Position numbers and translations under genes: made by a program. A DNA stretch of 64,000 nt from Lama glama (lineage: Eukaryota): the NCBI GenBank assembly GCA_028534125.1, contig CM052837.1, positions 21,948,001 through 22,012,000 of the forward strand. Direction: 5' to 3'. Under the pieces are notes generated by a model. It was not told where the DNA came from, searched no databases, and was given only the letters and a program-made list of their open reading frames with translations. Positions 12,094 through 25,074 of this stretch are shown here, in pieces (the stretch's first letter is position 1; every line of letters begins with the position of its first letter).

Positions 12094-14379
12094 ATTTTCA
12101 TAGAGGGAAAGTGAAACTAGGACAAGTGTGTTGTGAATGATGTCGAACACAGTACATGTTCTAGGACACGTGTGCATAGGACCGATTTGCATGAAAAAGT
12201 CTGACAGTGCAGAAATATAATTATTGATGATATTTTCATGGATATAGTTTTCTTACCTTTGAGTATATATAGTAACTGGAATTAGGCTAGCCAAGATTTG
12301 CCTATTATTTTAATCAATAAAGAAGAATGATTTGTAATCAGCATATCAATTATGTTTATGTTGTTAATTACTTCCGAAATGCTTGAGAGAGATTCAGAAT
12401 GGGGCTATCTTAGGTGGTTTTGATCCTCTGCCCCAATATTGCTGCCACCATGCAGTTCTATCAAACCTCTTCTCCATGAATTATACACAGACGCACTGGA
12501 GTCTAGCCCCAGCCTGGTTCTGCTGACTTTATGTTAGCCCAGGGGAAGGAGAGACACATTCCAAATTTGGGGGGTTAGTTGGAGTGTCTAGTCTAGCATG
12601 TTGGGGAGTCCAACTGTTGTCCTAGAGATTCTGTTTGAAATTATTTTTGGAAAATATCTGTGGCCTAGACTGTAGCTGTACCCCTCCAGAGAATATTTGT
12701 GTATGAATCTGCCATGTCCACAAGGGTCCTACCAATCTGGAGTCACTGTGCACTAAATTTATGACATAGTTTTTGGACCACTGGGAGATTTCCTTTGAGT
12801 TGCAAATTCACTGGAGGGCTGGCTCATGGTACTACTTTTCTAGGACTCCAACCACACTTGCTCTGCTCGGTGCTGAGCAACCTTTTATTCAGGTCTTCTG
12901 GAGGTGTAGTTGGCAAGGGGGAGGGTTTACTTTTGCTTCATCCTTTCATGGGCAGTGTAGACCTCTGGGGTCTCAAAGTGATGGAGGAAGTCCATCCTTG
13001 AGTGAACTTGGGGCCTTGTCTTCTGTCCCCCGCATTCCATGAGGCTGTGAAAATGGAAGCTCACATTGTCCAGGTTTGGCACATACCCTCAGGCCAAAAG
13101 CCTCTTAGGTATTCCACACCTGTATGGGGTTCCAATCTTCCTTTAGATTTTGGCCTGATAATTCCTTTCATGATTTTTGGAAGGGTTAAAAAATATGTTA
13201 TATTATATATTAGGTCAAAATATATTGATCCAGTTATTGTTAGCAGAGAGGCTAATTCCAATATTCAGTCTGCTGTGTTACAGGAAATGAGTGTTTGCTG
13301 CAAAGATTTTCCATGTAGCTAAGCATTGGACAGGAACAATTATTTGGAGAAGATTCTCAAAAGTAAGGGTCGTGGGGTCTCTAAAACCTACCTCACCCAT
13401 CACCGCTTTGGACAGTAGTTTATTTGTGATCCCATTTCCATGAAATCAGGTTAAGTTCAGCCAGTCAGGGGATGGCATACTCCTGTCCTGTGGATCAACA
13501 GGGAAGGGGACAAGTTTGATCTGTCTCAGAAAAGAGGGCTGAAATCCTGATTTAGTGAAAATATTCTGCAGTGTCTCCCTAAACATCACTAATGGTTAAC
13601 CCTGCCTTCCTTACTCTGGGAACAAAGGAGTTTCCAATTCTTTCTTTAACTTCAAATGGTATGGGAAGTTCTACTCTATCTCCCAGGGGTTGACTGGGAT
13701 CTTTTCTATTCTTCTTATATTTAGGAAGATTCCTAGCCACATCCAATCCTTCCGTCCATCCATCCAATCATTCATTCATCTACCCATCTAACAAATGGGG
13801 CCATAGTAGAAGCCCATTCTGAGATAAACTCAGAGAGGGAAGTAAAAAGGGACAGCTCACATACTAACAAGTTTTCATTAAGGATTCAAGGTAGCAATAT
13901 GTTCCTTCACAAACTTCTCCCCGGGCCAAGTGTTGGACCCAACATCCTGTCATTATCATAAACAAATTACTGATGAAATATATTTTGTATAAAAATGAGA
14001 CTGAAAGACAAGATTGTGTGAGAAGAGTAGATAGATGTTTAAATAAGGTAATTTGGCCACTGCTAATTTTGTAGGATTCCAATGGGGAAAGACATTATTC
14101 TGCCCCCTTCCATGTTTCATTGCATCTTCCACTGGAGGAAGGGAGGTATTAGAATAATAACTTTCAAGAGTGAGGCCCTGTGTGAGAGTAGTCTAGGCAG
14201 TATTGTGCTGACATGTAAAACTCCAGATCTCAGTCTAGTGTAATAAAGGTTCGTTTCTCATTCATACAAAGTCCAGTTGTGGAGTTCCCGGTCTGTGTCT
14301 TTCCCAAGCAGCTTTCTTTGAAGTATGACTCAGGGACTCAGGATCGTGCTATTTTGAGGATGCTACCATTCTTGTCACT

Positions 14380-15326
14380 ATCAACCAGTTTGAACGAATT
14401 GACATTTATTTATAGAACACTCCACCTACAGTGGAAATCACATTCTTTTGAAGTACACATGGAATATTTACCAAGACAGAATATATTCTGGGCCATCAAG
14501 GGAATCTAAAGTCTTGATAAATTTGCAAGAATTCAGGTCATGCATAATATTGTCTCTTACCACAATGGAATTAATTAAAATCCATAACAGAAAGCTCTTT
14601 GCAAAATCCCCAAGTATTTAGAAACTAAATACTGAGCTTCTTAATAAACCATGGGTCAAAGAATGAAGTAAGAAAGTATTTTCAACAAAATGAAAAGCAA
14701 GACACAACCTATGAAAATTTGAGCAATGAGGTTAAAGCAGTGTTTAGGGGAACATGTATAGTACTAAATGTCTATATTTGGAAAGAAGAAATAACTCAAA
14801 TCAATGACCTCAGTTTCTACCTTAAGAAACTAGGAAAGAAAGAGGAAATTTAATCCCAAGTAAGCAGATGAAAGGGAATAATAAAACTCAGAGTGGAAAT
14901 CAATTAAACAGAAGACAGAAAAACAAATAGGAGAATGTTGAAACCTGAATAGCCTTCTATCTATTAAAGAAACTGAATTTGCTTTAAAAACTTTTCCACA
15001 AGGGAAACTCCAGGCTCAGATGGCTACACTCACAATATAATTCCATTTATATATTTCATTATATAGAAAATGCAAACTAGTCTACAGTAACAAAAGTAGA
15101 TCTGTGGTAGCCTAGTGATGGGAGCCAGGGAGAGGCAGAAAGAGGCCAGAGAAAAGATTACAAAGGGGCATAAAGAAACTTTGGGGAGGTGATGGATATA
15201 TTCATTTGATTGAGATGATGATCTCACAGGTGCATACATATGTCAGAACTTACCAAACTATACACTTAAAATATGAAGATGTGCAGCTTATTGTATGCCA
15301 GTTATATCTCAATAAAGTCATTAAAC
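14380..15326 (+). mobile_element. Old L1 (L1M): ORF2 endonuclease-region fragment joined to a 3'UTR fragment
   Basis: tatagaacactccacc...cacattctttt...cacatggaatatttaccaagacagaatatattctgggccat is L1 EN-region text; 3' end tgtatgccagttatatctcaataaag. Confidence 0.85.
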
Positions 15327-15984
15327 AAAGCAACTCTGGCCGCTTGGCTGGGAAGAGGCTGTAGGTGACAATCATCAGAGAGGCTTTAGGAGGCCACTGC
15401 AATAGTCCGGGTGAGGGATGATGATGGCTTGGTTTCAGTGAAGACAGCATTCCAGATTTGTTGGAGATGAGTTGCCGAGGTGAGAAATAACCAAGTCTTG
15501 GGTTGCCATCTCCTGTGATGCGGATGGCTTCGGGAAATTAAACAAATTTCCTCACTCATGCTGCCAACCTGGGCTGTGCCATGAATGAAGCCCACATTGG
15601 CCAAGCTCCATGGAGGTCCTGGAGACCAAGAGTTCACTCCCTTTTCTCTGTCTGTGATTCCTGGCATTGGGAGGGACAGAGAGTGGGGTTCAGACCTTGC
15701 CTGAAAGATATGGAGAAGTGTGTGTGGGGGTGCATGTGTTTCTGTGGGCGTGATGGGCTCAGCTTTCTAGGACCAGGCAGTGATTTGGGAGTTTCATCCT
15801 GTGTCTCAACTAGGAATGAATCTGGCATGGAAGGTTCCTGCTTCCTTGAAATGTGTGGGTCCCGTGGCCCTGATTCACAGTGAGCTTCCTTGGATCCTGC
15901 TGGAAGGCAAGATGGGCCAGGGTAGGTGAGGAGGAGGTGCAGAGCAGGCAAGCCAAGTAGACAAATTCGCTGTAGCCCTGAAAC

Positions 15985-16118
15985 ATTGAAGGCCTTCAAC
16001 TGATTGGGTGAGACCCACCCACATTATAGAGGACAATCTGCTCTGCCCAAAGTTCACCAACTTCAATGTTAATCATTTCCAAACACCCTTCAAGTTGATG
16101 CATAAAATTAACCATAAG
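15985..16118 (-). mobile_element. MLT2 (ERVL) LTR 5' fragment
   Basis: actgattgggtgagacccacccacattatagaggacaatctgct...cataaaattaacca is an antisense MLT2 start. Confidence 0.75.
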
Positions 16119-16364
16119 ACAAGGAAGTGAGATATACACAGGAAATTGACATACCCACATTCCCACAGCAAATTCATGCAGGGCTGTGTCTTGAATCCAG
16201 TTGTCCTGACCCCCCAGCCTTGGTCTCATCCCAGTGGCTCACGTCAGAGGGTAAATGGCAGCAACAGACTCACCACTCAGGCCAAAAAGAGACAACCTTT
16301 TCTGTCACAGTTTTCAGCCCAGAGAAAAGACATGTTTCACAAGAGGGTCCTCAATCCTGGCCTC

Positions 16365-16566
16365 CCTGTGCAAGGGGGAATTCTCCAGCAGACAGCCTTC
16401 CAACCTCACCCACACCACTGGGTTTCCAGCCTGCCGGCCCGCACTACAGATTCGGACTTGCCAGCCTCCACGATTCCATGAGCAAATTCCTTGTAATAAA
16501 TCTCTTTCTGTGTGTGTGCACGCATCCTATCAGCTGTGTTCCTCTAGGGAACCCTGACTATTATAT
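16365..16566 (+). mobile_element. MLT2 (ERVL) LTR 3' fragment
   Basis: cagattcggacttgccagcctccacgattccatgagcaaattccttgtaataaatctc...tcctatcagctgtgttcctctagggaaccctgact. Confidence 0.8.
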
Positions 16567-16839
16567 CCAGCTGGCCTTGGGGCTGAGGTCCCAGGCGCCC
16601 CGTGCTGAGTTAAGACAGAGACAACAGTGTCCAGCATGTCCAGGTGTCAGATCGTCTCCTTATGGTCCCTCCCCTGCCCTTCTGCCATAATCCACTGCCA
16701 CAGCTCTCCTTGTTTTCAAAAGACATGTGGGTTTGAGCACCTGAGATGATGGGATGGGGAGGGATGTCAAGGGCCAAAGGTGAAGCAAAGCAGATGATCA
16801 GGATACTGCTGGCCACATGCCCTCAGGGCATCTCCCTCT

Positions 16840-18000
16840 GGGGGTGGGCTAGCGGGGATTTATACTCTTGGAGACAGGAGACGAGGCACTGGGGAGTTGC
16901 GGGGAGACAGGGTGGGAGGGTCTGGTGCCCTGGTACACCTGGCTGGAGGCCAGCAGCAGGGGTGGACACTCGCTGCATGGGCATGGAGGGGAGGGGTCCC
17001 ACCTCCCTGTCCCACCACCCAAGGCCAGCTGGGAGCACGGTGGCCACTCCTGGTCTGACTCCCTGCACCCTGATGCAGCCATGGGGCTGGAGGCTCCGGG
17101 GACGGGGGCGCAGGGGGCCCACCAAAGAGGAGGTGGCTGGAGACCCGTCCTGCTGTTCTTCNNNNNNNNNNNNNNNNNNNNNNNNNNNNNNNNNNNNNNN
17201 NNNNNNNNNNNNNNNNNNNNNNNNNNNNNNNNNNNNNNNNNNNNNNNNNNNNNNNNNNNNNNNNNNNNNNNNNNNNNNNNNNNNNNNNNNNNNNNNNNNN
17301 NNNNNNNNNNNNNNNNNNNNNNNNNNNNNNNNNNNNNNNNNNNNNNNNNNNNNNNNNNNNNNNNNNNNNNNNNNNNNNNNNGGGGAGGGAAAGNNNNNNN
17401 NNNNNNNNNNNNNNNNNNNNNNNNNNNNNNNNNNNNNNNNNNNNNNNNNNNNNNNNNNNNNNNNNNNNNNNNNNNNNNNNNNNNNNNNNNNNNNNNNNNN
17501 NNNNNNNNNNNNNNNNNNNNNNNNNGAAGCGACTCGGCTGGGCTGGAGGCTTGGCCATATTAATTCCCTTCATTATGTGGGGGTCAGGCCGAGGGCTTTG
17601 CGGGGGCTCTGCCTGGAGTGGGTCACTTCTGGGGCATCGGCTCGGGGAGCAGGGGGAGGAGGTGGAAGGGTGCCAGGCTGGACGGGACAGGCTGGGCCCC
17701 CGGCGCGGTGGGGCTGGGTGGACCCGGGAGGGGGCAGGCGCACGGGGTGCTGGAGGGTGGCGTCAGCACCCCCAGTTCTGGGGTGGGAGCGGCTGGGCTT
17801 CGCGAGCTGGCTTTGCGACCTGTTGGCTGTGGGATGTTGGGCATGCAGCGTGGCCTCTCTCTGCTGCGACTTCCTGCAGAAGCACCGTGGTGGGTTCCCC
17901 GGAGGGCTCCATGAGAAAGAGAGCAAATGGCAGGCCCAGGGCGGAGCAGCGCGGGCGGCAAGGCGAGGCCGTGAGCTCAGTGTCGGCTCCTGTTACAGTG
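16840..18000. promoter_or_regulatory. GC/CpG-rich island, partly hidden by two assembly gaps
   Basis: High G+C with many retained CpGs (cggcgcgg, cgcgagc, gcgcgggcgg); G-skewed on the + strand. Confidence 0.55.
17162..17525. other. Assembly gaps 17162-17381 and 17394-17525
   Basis: N runs separated by 12 bp (ggggagggaaag). Other gaps: 20587-20718, 21641-21806, 24252-24456, 25360-25542, 32884-33022, 33781-33920, 35507-35649, 39745-40244, 41797-41952, 48996-49184. Confidence 0.95.
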
Positions 18001-18010
18001 ATGATCATCT
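17778..18010 (+). mobile_element. GC-shifted MIR SINE
   Basis: Colinear with MIR consensus: ctggg(c)ttcg..ctggctttgcgacctgttggctgtgggatgttgggca...cctctct...agtgtcggctcctgtta. Confidence 0.7.
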
Positions 18011-19914
18011 AACATTATTTCTAGTATTGTTATAAGTGTGGTTGGAGGTCAAATTTTAACAGAGGCGCCTACTTTGGCTGCCACCTCCACCCCCACCTCC
18101 GTTTAGTCCGTGCTTTATCCCCTAGGCATCGGGCTAGGAGCCCTCTCTCCTAGTGACAGTAGTTTCCCCAGGGTGGGGCCGTTGCCTGCAGGTAAGAGGA
18201 GGAAACTCAGGCACAGAGAGGTTAAACAGCTGGTTCAGTGTCACACAGTGTCAGAGGCTCCCGAGTCGGCACTTGGGCCTTTCCTGTCCTGGGCACCCAC
18301 TCCCCGCTGAGCGAGTGGCACAGAGTCACGTGGGACTGAATTTCGCGATGGCTGAGGTCACTTGGAGAAGGGTGGCATCTTTAAATGTACCCAAAGAGCC
18401 TTCGATCACAGCAGAACACACTCCAGTTACTGAGCAAATGGTAGCAGTATGCCAAGGCCAGGCCAGTGATCTTCACAGAATGATGGGGACCGGGAGACTC
18501 AGGGATGAGTTGGGACCTTATAGGTTTTCTGAAAGGTGAAGGAGACAGTGGTCCCTGAGGGACACAGGGGTAAAATGGAAATGAGCAATCTAGTTGCCTT
18601 TTTTTGGTCCCACAGTGTCCCCAGGGGCATCTGGGCAGGTCCTCGGGATCCGGAGAACTGAGTGGAAACCATTGGATCTGGGAGTGAGCTGGATGTGGGG
18701 GTCTGCTGAGCTTCCATTGTGGGCTATTAAAGAAGGGCACTGGAGGTAGAAGGGACCACTGGAAACAGCGGACAAACCGGTTTAAGACAATGCTCTTCTT
18801 TGGCAGACACGGGTAGGAGGAGAGGGAGTCAGTTAGGTTTTATTGGACATTTCTTGGTCAACCTTTCACTTAGTAGCTGTGGGCCTCTGGGTAAGATCTT
18901 CAACCTTCCCCTACCAGTTTCCTGCGTTGTAACCCAGAGGTGATCACAGTTCCAACTGCACAGGCTGGTGGTGAGCATCACATGAGTTGACATATGTCAA
19001 CACATACGTCAACCGAGGACTGTGTGTGTGGCACTGACCAGGCCTTCGGTCAACATTAGCTGTGATGATTACTCACTATTATCTCGGCATCTTTAAAGTG
19101 ATGTGATGCTGATTGCACAGGGGAAAAGTTTAAGTTTGGAGAGTTTAAGTGACTCTTCCAAGGCCACACAGCTGGGTGTGATAGGGATGAGTCTGCGGCC
19201 TTGAATTCTAGCTGTTTCTAAAGGCCTTTCTCTGACTTGACAGCAAACAGCACGGCCATGGGATTCTGAACTCCAAGAGGGCATTTGGGAGGTAAGTTCA
19301 TTCAACATACTTCTGCTGAAGACCTATTATGTGCCTTGCACTAGAAGCCCCGGGGAAGGCAGGAATCACATCTGCCACGGTCACTGCCACTGAGATATCG
19401 TTTAACATATATTTGTAGAATAAATGAATGAAATCATCACTGACACACAGTACATCACCGTACATGGATGGTGTAATGTGCCCAGTTGCCAGGATCCTTG
19501 AGGAGAGTGGAAAAATGTGAATTCTATGATTTTCCTGTTAGCTGGAGTCAGAATTAGCCGAGGGGAAGCCCACCTAATAGAGTGGAAAGAGAAATGCCAA
19601 ACTTGGGGTTGGATCCTGGACCATCTCCTCGCTGTTTGGAGCTGGTCTTGTTCATGTCGTATAATAGATGCTCAGCAAACGTTTGTCAAATGGCTAAATT
19701 ACGGACGGGACACAGATGGGCAGGAGAGAGTCTTTGCAAGCTAGGACTTCAAAAGCTCTTTTCGAGGGCAGTCCAAGGTTTAGTCTTCCAAAATAAAACA
19801 TGACAGATAAAAACATCGGCCGTGGCACTTGGATCCTGAAAATCAGCTTTAAGAACACAAGCTCGGGTCAGAAAGATGACTGGCCTTGGCCTTTCTTGAT
19901 TCCATAGTCATGCA

Positions 19915-20000
19915 GAGCAAAAGTTGGCAACCTTTTCTGTAAAGGGCCAGATGGTAAATATTTTAGGCTTTGGGGACTGAACTGTTCCATTGCAACCAGT
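19915..20000 (+). mobile_element. MER58 5' fragment
   Basis: gttggcaaccttttctgtaaagggccagatggtaaatattttaggctttg. Confidence 0.8.
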
Positions 20001-21598
20001 GGGGCACCCACAATCTTGAAGGTATGTAAGGGAAAAGAGGGTTCTGGGGTGTCTCAGATGAATGGTTAAATGACTGGTGCAGAAGTGACCCTTGATGTTC
20101 TGCTCAGAATTTATTGGCCCCATGCAACAGAAGGGTCCCTGCTTGGCCACAGACCTGAGAGGTGGGGAGCTGGAGGTGTTTGGTGAGTTGCTCTGACGAC
20201 CGTAGGGAAATCAGTGATAAGGGTACGCTGGTAGGAGTGGGGGCCCGGGGCATTTCACTTTTAAATAATGCAGCCAGGATGTCTCAGAGAATTCAGCTGG
20301 CATTTGAGCCCATGTCTGTCCACCTTGGAAGAAAGTCTTCTCAATCTCTCTGCTCTGCGGCTGCACCTTCCATGGCCCGGGGAAACTGGGTGCCAGGAAG
20401 GGCATTGGAAGGGTGAGCATGCCCCCTTGTGAACTTATGTCAGGGGTCCTGCTGGGTCGGCTCCAGCCTCTTTGCTCCATCCTGGGGTTTCTGTCTCCAC
20501 CCCGTAGTGGCCAGAGCCCAGCAGTCTTTGCTGGCCAGTCCTGGAAATGATGGGCCGGGGGAGGAGGCGAGAGGCCCTCCTGGTGANNNNNNNNNNNNNN
20601 NNNNNNNNNNNNNNNNNNNNNNNNNNNNNNNNNNNNNNNNNNNNNNNNNNNNNNNNNNNNNNNNNNNNNNNNNNNNNNNNNNNNNNNNNNNNNNNNNNNN
20701 NNNNNNNNNNNNNNNNNNTCAGACCATATTTATTACCGTGATTTGCTGAGGGAAGGCTCTGATCCTCGGGCTGGGGCAGTTGGGGGAGAGAATGTGTTGT
20801 TGCTGAGAAGAAAGGTCTGGCTCACCTCGCCTGGAGGTCAGCGGGAGATGCGCTTTCTGTCTTTCCCAATTAGATTAGGACGCAGATTGCAGGCGGGGAG
20901 TTTGGGGCCGAACACAATGGCCATCCCTGCTCTGTGTGTGTGGGATGCTATCCAGCAGACCAGCAGGGCAGGTGAGGCAGGCCTTGCTGGTCTTACAGTG
21001 GACACAAGGACTCCAAGAGGCCAAGGGGGTCCCCAAGGTCACAGAGCTCACGGGCCACGTGGGAGTGGCGGTGTCCTGGGCCCATTTTTCTATAAAAACC
21101 TGATCTAGCTCTGTTTGGCTCTCTCTCTCCCCCTCTTTTTTCAATAACATAAAACAAACTGTTTAACATCAGAGAAAAATTCCACAATGGTAGGACCACC
21201 ACCGCTAACTCAGTAAGCACTGGGCCAAGATTGCTATTCATGAACCTCTTCGAATTCTGCCAACACTGCCGTGTGGCGTGCTCTCTTGTTCTCACGTTAC
21301 AGATGAGCGGACTGAGTCCTAGAGAGATTAGAAAACGCACCTAAACTCATACAGCAAGTAGGCGGCAGAGCTGGGGCTTGAGGCGTTTCGTCTGAGTCCA
21401 AAGTGTGTTCTCACCCTGATGCCACCTCATCCTCTTCCTTCTCGCTGTCCCATTTTCAGGGCCCAGAGGAGCGCTGTGCTGACACGCATGGACACCGTCC
21501 TCTCCAGTGACGATTCCTTTGGACCCCGGCTTTGCCTCTCTCAGATCCCTCCTTCTGGAATGTTCTCCATAGGTACCCTTGGCCAACTGGTTGGAGTT

Positions 21599-21982
21599 TG
21601 TATTAGTTTACTCGGGGTGCCATAATAAAATTTCACAGACNNNNNNNNNNNNNNNNNNNNNNNNNNNNNNNNNNNNNNNNNNNNNNNNNNNNNNNNNNNN
21701 NNNNNNNNNNNNNNNNNNNNNNNNNNNNNNNNNNNNNNNNNNNNNNNNNNNNNNNNNNNNNNNNNNNNNNNNNNNNNNNNNNNNNNNNNNNNNNNNNNNN
21801 NNNNNNGTCCTAACCTCCCTTTTTTACAAGACACTGCCATATTGGATCAGGACCTCCCCGAATGGCCTCATTTAACCTTAATTACCTCTCTAAGACCCTG
21901 TCTCCAAGTAGGGTCACATTCTAAGATCCTGGGGGTTAGAATTTCAACATGTGAATTTTGAGGGGAACAGAATTTAGCCCCA
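21599..21982 (-). mobile_element. MLT1 MaLR LTR spanning a gap
   Basis: tgtattagtttactcggggtgccataataaaatttcacagac...catttaaccttaattacctctctaagaccctgtctccaa...gtcacattctaag...ttcaacatgtgaattttg. Confidence 0.85.
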
Positions 21983-22344
21983 GACTGGATTCAAGGACAA
22001 TTTCCTGGCATCTGAAGCTCTCTGGAGTCAGCCTAGAATGTCTGCATCAGAGACAGTAGAGGGATGGCCAGCAACTGGCTTCCATTTTTGCTGAGAGCTG
22101 CCCATTTTCCCAGCATCCACTGCTGGATCCCAGGTCACGTTGGTTCCACTTCAGAACCACATTCTCAGATGGGTGTTAACGATCTAGGACTCCCCAGGCT
22201 GGGCTTCCTCCTCCTCTCCAGGCCCTGGGCACGCCCGCCCCCAATCGCTGCCCCTTCCTTCACACTCTACCTGCTGCTGCCCCCGGAGGATGTGCCTGTA
22301 GGTGTAGCCTGGGTGCTTCTGCTTCTCTGGTGTGGTCTTTGGTT

Positions 22345-22480
22345 TTATATCTCTCCTCCCTCCCCATGCGTGACCGCATCCTTTCTTCCCTCCCTCCTTC
22401 TTTCCTTTCCTTTCCTTCCTATTTCTCTCTCTCTTTCCCTCCCTCCTTCTTCTTCCTTTCTCCCACCCTTCCTCACCCCC
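22345..22480 (+). repeat. Polypyrimidine (CT-rich) low-complexity tract
   Basis: ctttcttccctccctccttctttcctttcctttccttcct...ctccttcttcttcctttc. Confidence 0.85.
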
Positions 22481-25074
22481 AGGCTCTGTATACCTGCTCT
22501 GTGCTGGGCATGTGTGCCAGGTGTTGGGGATTCTATGGTGAGCCCAAACCAAACATCTACAGCAAAGGTAGATGCAGGACTGGAACCTTATGAAGTGGGC
22601 CGTGTTCTCATACAATGTCCCCCAGTGGTCACATCTTATAAAGCTGTGGTCTAATCATCGAAACTAGGAAACTGACGCTACAGACCTTATACGGACTTTA
22701 CCAGTTTACACGCACATATGTGTGTATGTGTGTGTGTGTGTATAGTTCTAAATTGGTGACTTTGAAAAGGGTAAGACAAAAAAGTTTAGGATTCTTACCA
22801 AGCTAGTGCCTTCTCTCCCAAATGTATAAAGAATTCCTGTGTTGGAGAGGAAATTAGGGAGGAAATGTGGGAGTTAGAGGGAAGGTTTTGCTCCAAAAAG
22901 GACAGTATAGGGCCCCCTACAGTGTTTCCTTTGGACGATGGGGGCAGCTTTTTGATGAATCCTTCCCGCGGCTCTTCAATCCATCCTAGCCACTGCTGCC
23001 AGATTTGCTTGTGGTGCACGGCCAACTGTTCTCTGCAACTCCCCCTGCCCTGCCTCCCAACGCCCCTGGAAAAGTGAAGGGTAGACATCTCAGGTCAGAT
23101 GCCTAGTATGACCCCCAGCCAGCCTGACCACCGTCATCATTCTGGGATTTCCCTTCCCAGCTCCGTTGTGACACTTACTCCACCGCTAGTGTCTGTGTTC
23201 ATCTGTTTTCCTCCATTTCATTTCTCATTTCATCCACTTCTACATGTACACATTTTATTCACCTTCAGGGTCTCAGGACAGCCACCCCCTCCTCCTGAAG
23301 CAGGTCCCCACCTTCATGTGACATCATTCAGGTTGTAGTTCAAATGTTTCCCTAAGAGAAGCCTTCCTACTCCAGCTCCACTCCTCTCTCTCCTTGCTTA
23401 CTCCTTGTTATAATTTCAGTATCTGGCATGATTCGGTTGGTTTACTTGCTTTCTGTCTTCGCACCGGCATGTGAGTTCCAAGAGGCTGGGACCCTGTCTG
23501 TCTTGGCCTCGACCGTCACCCTAGCACCTGAAGCAGAGCATGGCACTGCATAAGCGGTATTTGCAACACACTGGTTGACATATACATGTAGTAGTTATTT
23601 TTAGTAAGACTAATGGTAATGAGAATGACAATGATAACACAGTTTTATGACTGGGGTCGCCTTGCTCTCCTCTGAACTCTACAGCTCTTTGTCTTGGCTT
23701 TTGCTGTGTATCACTCAACACTGTGATCGCCGTTACGTTGGTGGACGTGTATCTTCATGCAGACAGAGGATCCCCTGACGGCCTCATCGTGTTCATCTCT
23801 GGATCTCCTTTAGTTCCTAGCGCAGGCGTTGGCAAGTGGAAGGCAAACATGGTGGGTATTTGGAATGAACAGACGTTTGGATGCATGGGGCAGAGCAGCT
23901 ATCACTACTTCCATGGCTTCAGTTGTGTGCCCCGATCCGCTCCAGCAGCAAGAGGACGGGGGAGCCAGCATCCTCCCCTCCCTCGCCCCCCACCCCCCCA
24001 TGCACCCTTCGCCTCTCTGTCTCCGACTCTCCGGGCTCTTAGGACAATAAGTACAGACCCATAAAGCTCTCTCCAGCGTATCTTGCCTCCCCGCGCTTAT
24101 CAGGATAAAGGAGAACTGAAAGGGCTTTCAAAAGAGCCATCTGTTAGTTTTCATAAAGACATTATCTGCTTCCCATCACAGGGCTTTTGCTGTCTCTGAC
24201 ATGTGTCTGCCCTCCCTCTGCCGTCTGAAAGAGCAAGAGCGTGCTCTCCACNNNNNNNNNNNNNNNNNNNNNNNNNNNNNNNNNNNNNNNNNNNNNNNNN
24301 NNNNNNNNNNNNNNNNNNNNNNNNNNNNNNNNNNNNNNNNNNNNNNNNNNNNNNNNNNNNNNNNNNNNNNNNNNNNNNNNNNNNNNNNNNNNNNNNNNNN
24401 NNNNNNNNNNNNNNNNNNNNNNNNNNNNNNNNNNNNNNNNNNNNNNNNNNNNNNNNATGCTTGGGATGGGTCTCCCAACTCCCTCTGCCCTTCAGGGCTT
24501 TGGAATGGGTGCCATTGGCCAAGGCCTTGCCTGGGTCCTGGCTTCTACGCAGTGGAGCCTCTTGACAACCACCAGCAGGACAAGGTCGATTCCACTATCT
24601 GGAGTAGTGATTTCTGAACTTTGAAAAGAGTCCAAGTTTCTCATCTTCAATCTACTGATTTGGAATCTCAAAGCACAGGGAGAGGAAATCAGTGTGTTTA
24701 AATAGCTCTCTGGTGGATTCTAAGACAGGCGAATGAGTGCTCTTGGGTTAGTCTTGACTTGTAGCAGTGCTAGACTATCAGGCATCCCCGGCTCATCCCA
24801 CGGGACTCAGAGCCAGTCAGCCTTGCAAGGACTTCGACCTGGTCTTGTGCCTTGATTCTAGGTCTTGCTCACCTGCCCAGCATCCACATCACTATCATAA
24901 CCCTGTGGTAAATGAGTGCTAGGTGAGTTAACACATAATTAAAACATAAGGAGATTAGGTAACTTACCCAGAGGCACACACTGCTGTGCGATTTGATCCC
25001 AGGCAATCCAACTTCAAAGCAAGTGTTGATATCTGCTGATGAAGTTCTCTCCCCTTCAGTTACTCCTCCACAAT

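Noticed and set aside
13040-13100. EGMCQTWT resembling the bornavirus L polymerase motif EGMRQKLWT
   Set aside because: No downstream GDNQ motif or upstream motif A in my hand translations of the minus strand; a short chance match is more likely.
16746-18035. 429-aa ORF and other long ORFs containing X runs
   Set aside because: Length comes from N gaps and stop-poor GC-rich DNA; the end is MIR-derived; no recognisable domain.
22064-22654. 196-aa hydrophobic ORF resembling a membrane protein
   Set aside because: The Leu/Ser/Pro/Phe richness comes from the polypyrimidine tract.
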